DNA from: Octopus sinensis
Lineage: Eukaryota
Assembly: GCF_006345805.1 (NCBI RefSeq)
Contig: NC_043006.1
Location: 68,634,001 to 68,698,000, forward strand
Reading direction: 5' to 3'
Length of the DNA: 64,000 bases
Under the pieces are notes generated by a model that did not search any database, had not been told where the DNA came from, and saw only the letters and a list, made by a program, of their open reading frames with translations. Positions 53,442-64,000 of this stretch are shown piece after piece (the first letter of the stretch is position 1; every line of letters starts with the position of its first letter). The position numbers and the translations under genes are program-made.

Positions 53442-54047
53442 ATGCCCTGATACAGTACCAGGCAATGCCTTGATGCAGTACCAGGCAATACCCTGATGCA
53501 GTACCAGGCAGTGGCTCTCGTGGCTTCTGATCTTAACTGATTGGAAGTGTTATCATGTACATTGTTTTGTCTTGGTATAAAAGATGGGCTACAGCAAATA
53601 TTCTGCTCAATACCACAGATTTGCTCGTCAGTTGTTTGACTTTAACCAGTTGAACATGTCCCTTAGTGACTGACGATATGTGCATCTCTGACCATGAGCA
53701 GAAGTAGTGGGGGAGCATCATAGCCGTGTGTTGAGAGGTATTCTTTGGTGTTTGAATAATTCACCTCTGGAAACATGGGTGTTTCGTTCAACATCCTTAA
53801 ACAACCCTTATTCAGGGACCTTTTGGGCAGGATGGGTTAATTGACCAGAAGAAAATTCTAACTGGGCCCTACTTGCAAGGCCATGTGCTATTTATCTTGA
53901 TATGAGATCACCATGTCAGGCACATATGGTTGTGATGTTAGCCTGGTGTATTCTTATCAGACGGGTAGTCATGATGGATATACTGAGCTTCGTATACTTT
54001 ACCCCAGTGTCATTTTGATGGCATGCACTGCTCTCTCACTCACTCAC
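53442..54047 (+). mobile_element. Family C (TAA)n-flanked element with a triplicated 5' 23-mer
   Basis: Matches the other family C copies. atgccctgatgcagtaccaggca occurs three times at 53442-53510. Confidence 0.85.
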
Positions 54048-54088
<41 letters not shown>

Positions 54089-54090
<2 letters not shown>

Positions 54091-55313
54091 CCTTTCTACT
54101 AAAGGCACAAGGCCTGAAATTTGGTTGAAGTGGTTAAGTTGATTACATTGACCTCCAGAGCTCCACTGGTACTTGTTTTATTGATCCCGAGAGGATGAAA
54201 AGCGAAGTCGATCTTGGCATAACTTGAACTCAGAACGTAGATGTGGATGAAATGCTGTTAAACATTTCAGCCAGCATGCTAACGATTCTGCCAGCTCACC
54301 ACCATTTTTTAATAATAATAATAATAATAATATATTATTTACATTTGACGGATATTTGTTCTCATCTTGTTTGTTGTTAACACAACGTTTTGGCTGATAT
54401 ACCCTCCAGCCTTCATCAAGTGTCTTGGGGAAATTTCGAACCTGGGTTCTCATTCCTAAGGTATTTTTCGATGTTATTATTATTATTATTATTTCGTTTT
54501 TGTATTTGATTTGCAAGATTCTTTATGTGAACTCATGTGAACCGTAACCCTAATGACTCTCCCCAAACACAATAATAATAATAATAATAATAATAATCCT
54601 TTCTACTATAGGCACCAAGGCCTGAAATTTTGGTGGGAGGCAATAAGTCAGTTATATCGACCCCAGTGTTTTGCTGGTTCTTAATTTATCGACCCTGAAA
54701 GGATGAAAGGCAAAGTCGACTTTGGCGGAATTTGAACTCAGAACGTGAAGACAGATGAAATGCCAGTAAGTATTTCACCCGGTGTACTAACGATTCTGCC
54801 AGCTCATCACCTTAATAACAATGATAATATTAATAATACTAATAATAATGACCAAGAAGGTGGCGAACTAAAAGAACTGTTAACACGCTGGGCAAAATGA
54901 TGAATTTTGTCCATCTTTATGTTCTGTGTTCAAATTCTGCCTTTGTTGACTTTGCTTTTCATCCTTTTGGGGTTGATAAAAGAAGTACCAGTTGAACTCT
55001 GGGGTAGAAGTAATCAACTTACCCCCTCCCCTGAAATTGCTGGTCTTGCACCAAAATTTTAAACCAATAATAATAATTTAGTTTTAAACAGAGCGTTATT
55101 ATTCTTTTCTACTCTAGGCACAAGGCCTGAAATTTTGGGGGAGGGTCCAGATGATTAGATCGACCCCAGTTCGCAACTGGTACTTAATTTAACCCTGTAA
55201 GGATGAAAAACAAAGTCGACCACGGCGGATTTTGAACTCAGAACGTAAAGACAGACGAAATACTGTGAAGCATTTTGCCCAGTGTGCTAACGTTTCTGCA
55301 AGCTCACTGCCTT
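54089..55313. mobile_element. Cluster of four SINE family B copies (-,-,+,-) in (TAA)n-rich sequence
   Basis: Copies at ~54089-54305, 54596-54814, 54857-55066 and 55100-55313. Confidence 0.8.
54331..54473 (-). mobile_element. ~140 bp (TAA)n-embedded element with a B-box-like motif and a decayed minimal hammerhead
   Basis: Minus strand shows ggttcgaa, then acac-TTGATGA-a-ggctg(gagggtatat)cagcc-AAAA-cg-TT-gtgt. Confidence 0.55.
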
Positions 55314-55645
55314 ACAGAATATTATTATTGTTGAACCTCAAGGTTAGCTTTGACTGAGGAGATCTATGACAGAAGGCAATTCAGCCATGACCCACCATGA
55401 TTACCTTATCTAAAGAATAATTTTTATTTAAGATGGTAAATTGTGAATTGAGGAAAACTTGGCTGCTGTTTCTAGTAGATTAAGTGACCATGTAGAAGCA
55501 GATTCCCTTGCAAGTTCAACATCTAAGTAGGTAGTATGGTGGGAAGATTTCTCATCACTATATTAGGGAGCCATTAGTTTGCAATGCTGAGTTCAAATCC
55601 TGCAGTAGACTAGTGTCCTGTCTCAGATTAGAAGTGTTCATCCAA

Positions 55646-55702
<57 letters not shown>

Positions 55703-56619
55703 TTTATGTTGTGTGTGTGTGTGTGCATCTCTATCTCTCTCTTCCAGCAGTCCTGACATTGCTTGCATGCTATGTAAAAAATGTTACTGTACAGACAGAT
55801 TTGTTGTTTACATCTGCTGCCAGAACCTGTCAAGTTATTTGTAGTTTGAAAGACCAGGGGAAATAGGAGCTTATTTGGGAAGAAATGAGGGTTGGTGACA
55901 GGAAGCTTAACTGGCTGGAGAAAAATTTCCTTGCTTGACACATTCTAGTATAGAAAATTCAGACATTATAGCAATGATATATTTATATATATTAAATACA
56001 AAATGGGACAAGAACGCAAAACATCCAGACAGTTAGGTGATACAAAAAATGGACAACAAAACATCCAGATAGACGATACAAAGAAAACAATGATAGGTCA
56101 TTCGGAGTTTTCTTTCCTCAGTCCAGTTCCAGATTATCTTTGCAATTTTGGCTGGTTATACTCGAGATTGCTCCAATCTGGCCAGCCCCAAGGAAAAACT
56201 AAGCTAAGAGCATTAGATTCCTTGGAAGAAAGCAGTGAATGTATATGAAAACAAGGACAGAAAAAAAGATGGAGAATGTTACACAAATACAAATAAAAGG
56301 ATGTAACAACAGGTGTCTTTCGATTAAGGGTGAATTATGGATTTGGTGGTGCAAACAGGAAAACTAACTGATGAAATTAACTAGTTCCCCTCCCAAAAAA
56401 ATTTCAGGCCTTGCACCTCTAGTAGAAAAGATTATTATTTTATTATTGCAAGATGGTAGACAAAATGTTGAGTTGCATTTCTTCCAACACATTATGTTCT
56501 CAGTTCAGTTTCTGCCAGGGTCAATAAAGTACCAATCATGTACTGATGGCATTGACTAACTCCATCCCCTCAAAACTGTTGGACATGTTCCTAGCACAGA
56601 CACATGCTTAGATTACGCC

Positions 56620-57390
56620 ACTTGCAACAATTTCTGGAAGGTGAGCATGTGTAGGCTCCACTTGTGAGACTCGTCTTTGTGCAGTTTGTCTCCTTGATGG
56701 AGCTGCAGTCATGGGCGAAAAAAAGACTGAAACTGGGCGCCTGGCACCTAGAATGTCATCATACGCTCACAACCGTCTACCAATTGGGCAATGAGATCAA
56801 TGGATGTTCTGCTTTAGAAATTTATAGAGGATTAGTGGTGGGGAAGTGGGACAATGTTCTCAGGGAAACTCTGGGCACCGATAAGAACGAACTGGGTAAT
56901 CTGTTCCGGACAACTTTCCGCTCAGGAACTATCATGGATAATTTCCAGATGTCCTTGGCTTGGCAGTGCTATCAGTTCAAGACGAGCTCTACAGCATCGA
57001 TGCACTGTCAGACGGACTTGTCCAAGGTGTGCACAGTGACGAAACCGTTCTGCATGTCCTCATTCAGTGTCCAGGCATTGCTTACTTGTGGGGTTATGTT
57101 GAACAGCTACTGTCACGAGTAGGACAGATCTGTCTGTTGGTCGAATCTGTCGTGATGATTGCACTGCCACCCTTGGGCAGGCAATGCAGTTTTCCTTTGC
57201 CTTGTGGCTGTGGTGAAAGAAGTTGTTTGGTGGACAAGGCTGAAAGGCATAAGGACAGATACAGTCCTCTTTGGTAGAGCTCATTGACTTTTTCAAGTTT
57301 CACTTGAAAAGGAAATGAGAGTGGAGAGGGAAGTGCTGTCCTCGAGTGAATTTATCAAAAAGTGGGCGAAAGTTGTGAAAATGGCAAAAG
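56620..57390 (+). mobile_element. L1/Tx1-clade LINE ORF2 3' fragment
   Basis: zf-RVT-type CCHC across a frameshift, CPRC..SDETVLHVLIQC...LW, followed by VVWWTR. Confidence 0.7.
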
Positions 57391-57582
57391 CATTTCATCC
57401 ACCTTCACATTTTGAAATCAAATTCCATTGAGGTCGACTTTGCCTTTCATCCTTTCGGGGGTCCATTAAATAAATACCAGTTGAGCACAGGGTCAATGTA
57501 ATCAACTTAGCCACTCCCTCAAACTTGCAGCAGCAGCAGCCGCCGCAGTCGTTGTCGTCATCGTCGTCATCATCATCATTAT

Positions 57583-57803
57583 TAAGGCAGTGAGCTGGCA
57601 GAATCGTCAGCATACTGGGCAAAATGCTTAGTGGTATTTTGTCTGCCGCTATGTTCTGAGTTCAAATTCCGCCAAGGTTGACCTTGCCTTTCCTCCTTTT
57701 GAGGTCGATAAATTAAGTGCTAGTGAAACACTGGGGTTAATGTAATTGACTAGTCCCCTCCCCCCAAATTTCAAGGCCTTGTGCCTTCAGTAAAAAGGAT
57801 TAT
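57583..57803 (+). mobile_element. SINE family B
   Basis: Full-length match. Confidence 0.8.
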
Positions 57804-58229
57804 TTTTATTATTATGATTATTATCATTGTCATTATCTGTTATCTCCATCAGTTCCCTCCATGCAGGTTCATTACAAGAGTGATGGTGAGAGAAGTTCAA
57901 ACTGACTCAAGTGTCATCCTGCAGGTTCAAGTGGTATACAGTGTTGGAGATGTTATGTATCATGTACATATATAGACCTTCCTTGCTGTTGTGTCGATCA
58001 ACTCTGATTTAGCGCACACGCTCACAGACACACAGGGTGATGATCAAAAGCATTTTTAAGCTATAAACAAGCTGGCCTTTTCCCATTTTAAGACATACTT
58101 ATTCAAGTACAACAATACTGTGACCTTCCTTATTTAAGATAATAGAGTAGGATTTAAGGGAGATATAGGTTATATTTCTAGCAACACAAGCCAACTACAC
58201 AGAATTTCCCCTCACTGGTTCCTATGCGT

Positions 58230-58596
58230 GAATATACAGTTGTGTATATGGTAATGTGATTGTGTGTATTTGTATGTGCTTGTATGTATGTGTGTTTAAA
58301 TGCATAAGTGTATATTTATATGTGATATATAGTTGTGAATATGTGTGTGTGTGTATGAATATGTATGCATGTGTGTATGTATGATATATGGTTGTGAATG
58401 TGTGTGTGTGAGAGTGTACAAATACATATGTATGTATAATATATAGTTGTGAATATGAGTGCATATATGTACGCATGCATAATGTATGTTTGTGGATATG
58501 TGTATGTATGATGTATAGTTGTGAATATGTTTGCAAGTGTGTGCATATATCTATGTAAGAGTGTATGTATATATGTGTGTTATATGGTTGTGAATA

Positions 58597-58640
<44 letters not shown>

Positions 58641-58720
58641 CATACATATATGTTTGAATGTATGTATGATATAAGTTTGTGAATGTATGATATATGGCAG
58701 TAAGTGTGTGTGTATGTGTG
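58230..58720. repeat. Degenerate minisatellite built on TG/TA repeats (tgtatgatatatagttgtgaatatg anchor)
   Basis: The anchor recurs about seven times. Confidence 0.7.
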
Positions 58721-59084
58721 CTTGATATATGTTTAGTATACCAGTTCTACTGTGACACTTAGGAAAGAAAAACCAACTGAATACCAGCAGATAAAGAAGA
58801 CATTTCCTCAAGTTGCTGAACTTTGTATAAGTGTTGTTGTTGTTGTTGTTGTAGCATTTGTTCCATTCAGATGACCAATGTATTGCAGTAAGATAAATAT
58901 ATACATTACAGTGGGCAGGGAACTGTTTCCTCAAAGGTTAAAGTCTATTCTTAAAAAACAATGATCTCACTGACACAGTAGTCTCCAGAAATAACCAAAT
59001 GACCAATACATATGCTATCACAGTTTCTTTCTCTTCTCTGAAATAATTGGCAACAGTTACCTGATAAAACATTTACACACACAG

Positions 59085-59122
<38 letters not shown>

Positions 59123-59125
<3 letters not shown>

Positions 59126-59309
59126 GGCTCAGGAGTGGCTGTGTGGTAGGTAGCTTGCTTACCGACCACATAGCTCCGGGTTCAGTCCCACTGCTTGGAA
59201 CCTTGGGCAAGTGTCTTCTACTATAGCCTCAGGCTGACCAAAGCCATGTGAGTGGATTTGGTAGATGGAAACTGAAAGAAGCTGTCATATGTATGTATGT
59301 ATGTATATA

Positions 59310-59341
<32 letters not shown>

Positions 59342-60556
59342 AATGTGTGTGTTTGAGTGTCTGTGTTTGTCCCCCGAACATTGCTTGACAACCAATGCTG
59401 GTGTGTTTACGTCCCCGTAACTTAGTGGTTCGGAAAAGAGACCGATAGAATAAGTACTAGGCTTACAAAGAATAAGTCCTGGGGTTGATTTGCTCGGCTG
59501 AAGGCCGTGCTCCAGCATGGCCGCAGTCAAATGACTGAAACAAGTAAAAGAGTAAAAGAGATGTATGTGTGTTTGTGTGTGTGTCTTTTTTAATTGCTTC
59601 AGTCATTAAACTGTGGCCATGCTGGGGGAATTGCCTCGAAGAATTTTAGTTGAATGAATTGGCACCATTATATTTTTTTTTAAGCATGGTAAATTATTCT
59701 GTTGGTTACTTTAGCTGAACTGCTAAGTTATGGGGATGTAAACATATCAACACCAGTTGTCAAGCAGTAGTGGGAGACAAACACACACACTATAAGATTC
59801 TTTCAGTTTCTGTCTACCAAATCCACTTGCAAATCTTTGGTCAGCCCAAGGACAAAGTAGAAGATACTTGCTCAAGGTTCCATCAGTGGGACTGAACCCA
59901 GAACCATGTGGTTAGGAAGCAAACTTCTTACCACACAGCCAGGCTTGATGCATACATACATACATGTGTGTGTGTGTATAGAACATGTGGATGTAGCTGT
60001 TTGTATGTCACACACAGATAATGTACATTATTATTATTTATTGTAGTAGTAGTAATAGTAGTAGTAGTAAACCTTTTTTGTTACTATATCTCTGTTGGAA
60101 TAAACTGTCTTGAAGAAGTTTGTCAAATAATTTTGTCATTACTGAAGCTGGTGTTTGAATCATAAAATAGCAAGGTAAGTAGCTTGCTTACCAACCACAT
60201 TGTTCCGGGTTCAGTCCCACTGCGTGGCACCTTGGGCAAGAGTATTCTACTACAGCTTCAGGCCAACCAAAGCCTTGTGAGTGGATTTGGTAGGCAGAAA
60301 CTGAAAGAAGCCCGTCATATATATATGTGTGTGTGTGTGTGTGTGTCTGTCTGTGTTCCCCCCCCCCCCAACATCGCTTAACAACTGATGCTGGTGTGTT
60401 TACATCCCTGTAACTTTGCGGTTCAGCAAAAGAAACCGATAGAATAAGTACTAGGCTTACAAAGAATAAGTCCTGGGGTCGATTTGCTCGACTAAAGCTG
60501 GTGCTTCAGCATGGCCATAGTCAAATGACTGAAACAAGAAAAAGAGTAAAAGAGTA
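59123..60556. mobile_element. Three SINE family A copies (+ 59123-59560, - 59585-59940, + 60173-60556)
   Basis: All match family A. Confidence 0.85.
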
Positions 60557-60649
60557 AACAGGAAGGTTTTAATTTAAATCCCTTTAAAACAGAAAGTCTG
60601 TATTATAGAACCAGGTGTGGTCTCAGGTGAGTTGGTATTAAAAAGGGGT

Positions 60650-61290
60650 TAAAGTGGAAAGCTGGCAGAATCGTTGGAGCATCAAACAAAATGCTTAGTG
60701 GCATTTCTTTTGGCATTTTTATTTCAAACACTTCCAAGGTTGACTTAGCCTTTCAGGGTTGATAAAACAGATACCAGTTGAGTACTAGGGTCAATGTAAT
60801 TGACTACTCTCTTTCTCCAAAATTTTAGGCCTTATGCTCATAGTGGAAGCTATAAGGTGGTGAGCTCACAGAATAGTTAGTGCACAGGACAAAATGCTTA
60901 GTTGAACTTCGCCTGTTGCTACGTTCTGAGTTCAAATTCCACAGAGGTCAACTTTGTCTTTCATCCTTTCAGGGTTGATAAATTAAGTACCTGTGAAACA
61001 CTGGGGTTGATGTAATAAACTAGTACCCTCTCCACTAAATTTCAGACCTTGTGCCTTCAATAGAAAGGGTTATTATTTAGTAGTAGTAGTAGTAAGATGG
61101 TGAGAGCGTCAGACAAAATGCTTAGAGACATTTCTTCTGGCTTTACATTCTGAGTCCAAATTCCTCTGGGGTCAACTGTGTTATTTACCCATTCAAACTT
61201 GGTAGAATGAGTACCAGTTGACTACTGGAGTCAATGTAATCAATTCCCACTAATTGTGGGTCCTTTGCCAAAATTTGAAAGAATTATTAG
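60650..61290 (+). mobile_element. Three tandem SINE family B copies
   Basis: Repeated aaaatgctta ... gagttcaaattc ... aagtacc blocks. Confidence 0.75.
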
Positions 61291-62078
61291 CATTATTCTT
61301 ATTCACTACTGATAAAGCAGAACTCTTTTACAAGTCTCTTTCTTTCTTTCTCTCTCTCTCAAAGAAGCAAAAAAGGTTTTACGAGATCAATAAAGACTTA
61401 CTAAAAATACATGTTATAGAGGTAATTTTCTATAGTTTGGAGTCTCCCTTTACAGGAGTTGGCAAAAGTAAAAATAAGGTTTGTGTTTTATTTTTAGACA
61501 AAATTGTATTTTTTTCTTCTCATGTTACTGACAAAAGAGCAATGACCATAAAGATTTTACACCAAATTCTCTCAAAGGAAACTAAAAATATATACAAAAT
61601 GATATATATTTTCACACGTAGAAAATACACAAACCAAAAAAATTCAAGTACAATACAAAATGTTAAATAACATGAATGAACAGAAAGAAAACAGTTATTT
61701 TAACTCAACAGCAACAAGCATGCATTTATCTTTTCAGGTGGAAATGTGAACAATAATAAATTGTCTTTTGCTGATGTTTTATCAACAAAAAAGAAGAAAG
61801 ATTAAAGAAAAAGAAAGAAAAATCTAGATATGAAACAATTTGCAGAGAATTCAAAGGTTTGGCAACACTTTGTTTTCTGGATTGGGGCCAGTTTTCCACA
61901 ATTAATTACAGGGGTTCATGAGAAAAGGAAACTAACATACCTATATCTTGTGAAAGACACAATAGATTTCCTGATTCCATCTAAATACAAATTAGAGAGA
62001 ACTCTGGAAAATATTTTAAAGGCAATATCCTTTACTGGGAGAGGATGGGGTGTGTATGACACTATGAGTAATATTTAA

Positions 62079-62298
62079 CCCTTTAACATTTAAATCAGCC
62101 ATACCGGGCCCAAATATTCTACTTGTTTTATGTTCAAACTGGCCAGATCCAAACTCTCACACCTATCCTGCAATGTCAGATTAAAAATAAACAATCACAT
62201 CACTGAAATCTTCAAACTATGATATAATGCATGACTAATTCAAAACAATGTGAATAAATAAACTTTACATTTGACAGGGTAACCTGAATGCTAAAGGG
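62079..62298. mobile_element. piggyBac-like MITE
   Basis: TTAA|ccctttaacatt ... aatgctaaaggg|tcaa: CCC/GGG termini with a TTAA-like target site. Confidence 0.65.
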
Positions 62299-62329
62299 TC
62301 AAAACAGAGGACGGGGCAAAAGTCCAAAC

Positions 62330-62900
62330 ACAATATGTAAAACACAAGGACCACCATCAGGGACATTGGTGACATTTGTGCCGCCACCTTTGTGACTCAA
62401 TATAGACAGGTGGTAAGCATAGATGTAACCTTTAGTGACATGTAGTTGGGTGCAATCACTATTAATACACTGGTCCTCATGACTTTGCAAGATCACAAAT
62501 CAATACTGTGTCTCATAGAAGGTGTTGAGTGGAAGAAAACGTTCAGTATTCACAACAAACAGCCCAGCTGTTACACAGGTGGAAGCAAAACTCATCTAAA
62601 AATGTTCTGTACAGAAAATCCAAAACAAAAGGCATCTATCACAAATCAAGTAAGTTTTAGTCCTAGGATAGCACCAGACACAACTCATGAGTTAGCAAAT
62701 GAAATTATCCTATCCTTATTACCAAGAGTAAACCATGATAACCTAAAGCCTCCTCCCCCAGACACAAACAGTATAGCTGAGTCATCCATAGTAACAACTA
62801 CAATAGCTAAGATCTAACAACCAGGAAGTACTCCCTCATTGCATTACTACTCCATCCACTTATGAGGAGAGGGGAACAGACAGTGGCCAATGGGATCAAA
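62330..62900 (+). mobile_element. Possible decayed LINE ORF1/gag-like fragment
   Basis: Degenerate zinc knuckle CYTGGSKTHLKMFC (C-x2-[G for C]-x4-H-x4-C), followed by Pro/Thr-rich sequence. Confidence 0.35.
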
Positions 62901-64000
62901 CAGACTCCCTAAGAAAAAAAGCCATTCTTGTTTGTGAGGTTCGCTTTCCTGTGATTAATTGTATAAGTACTTCTTTCTAGGTTTTGCTCTTCCACAAGTT
63001 CCAACCACTTCAAGGACTCAGTATTTCTTTATACAACAAACACCTTTCATACATAGCACATGCATCCACCAGAGCAGGTAGGTAGAAAACAGAGAGGCAA
63101 GACACACAAGCACTACCAACAGAAATGTAAAAAGAGGTAGATATATGCTATCTCCTACCAAGCATATCCATGTCTCATTTCCAACCAGAGCTGCACTTCA
63201 TGGATTTGGATGTACAGTTAACAAAGTATCCAGAAATGAAAGAGTGTCATGATTGGCTTCACTGGATAATCTAGAGAAAGTGAGCAAGTGGTGATTATCT
63301 AATTGACTTGCATTTGGTCTTTGCCCTCTCCATTTTCTCACTTGTCTTTCTGTAGAAGAGTGTATGCTTGGAAATATAACAGAATTTTTCTTCTATTTTT
63401 CCTGAGCATAAATATAATAGACTCTGTATGTTTTTTTTTTACTTTGTCCTCATGATTTTTATTTTCATTTTTGCATCATATGTGTGTATGTGTGTACAAA
63501 AGTACGGATTTGGTTGTGCGGTCAATAACTTTGCTTCACATTTCCATGGCTTCCAATTCATTTCCACAACATGGCACCTTAGGCAAGTGTCTTCTCTTAT
63601 AGTGCCAAGTTAACAGAAGCTTTGTAAATGAATCTGGTAGACAGAAACTGAAAAGAAGCTTATCGTACATAAATACACACATGCATATATATATATACAC
63701 ACACACATGTATTGTATATATACATACATATGTATATAAATACACACACATGCACATGTAAATATCATGTGTGTAAGTGTGTGTGCATGCATATGCCTAA
63801 CGGTATGTGTCTCTTTGTCCTGATTACACTGATTACAAGCAAACTTCACTGTTGTATGAGCAGTGGTGTCTGTTAATGTTCTTTGAAAAACAATCCAGAC
63901 CAAGGGGAAAAAAATATATACTTGCTTAGAACAAGTGGAGATTGGTGACAGGAAGAGTATCTGACCAAAGAAAATCTGCCTCTACAAATCTCATCTGACC

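Noticed and set aside
55985-56370. Possible hammerhead (minus-strand CTGAGGA...GAAT) in a repeat relic
   Set aside because: There is no GAAA and no convincing stem I or stem II pairing.
61254-61670. 138-aa ORF
   Set aside because: It starts inside a SINE tail with a non-ATG codon, is AT-rich, and shows no recognisable domain.
61738-61856. Plus-strand exon candidate after tttatcttttcAG
   Set aside because: All three frames hit stops and the donor is weak. A UTR exon cannot be excluded but is unsupported.

Overview
This is AT-rich, microsatellite-saturated animal DNA. The SINE families, the (TA)n/(TAC)n/(TAA)n density and the transposon mix look like an octopus (coleoid cephalopod) intron or intergenic region; that is an inference from pattern recognition, not a database match. 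No complete host gene is visible, and nearly all ORFs in the supplied track are microsatellite or SINE artefacts. The window holds several tRNA-derived SINE families in dozens of copies, a near full-length CR1/L2-group LINE embedded in a large (TA)n tract (31.6-36.4 kb), and fragments of RTE, R4/Dong, Hero, L1/Tx1 and Penelope-like retroelements. It also holds mariner and maT remnants, hAT- and piggyBac-like MITEs, Helitron/Helentron non-autonomous elements and a few candidate exons. Four signals stand out: (1) an intact-looking type I hammerhead ribozyme at 37972-38019 (minus strand), plus several decayed minimal hammerhead motifs in microsatellite-embedded Penelope-like/retrozyme-like relics; (2) a fold-back element whose loop contains a captured polyubiquitin junction fragment (30.4-30.9 kb); (3) near-perfect palindromes inside (TA)n tracts; (4) a (TAA)n-targeted non-coding element family sitting beside an R4/Dong endonuclease fragment. 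Coordinates of decayed repeats are approximate.
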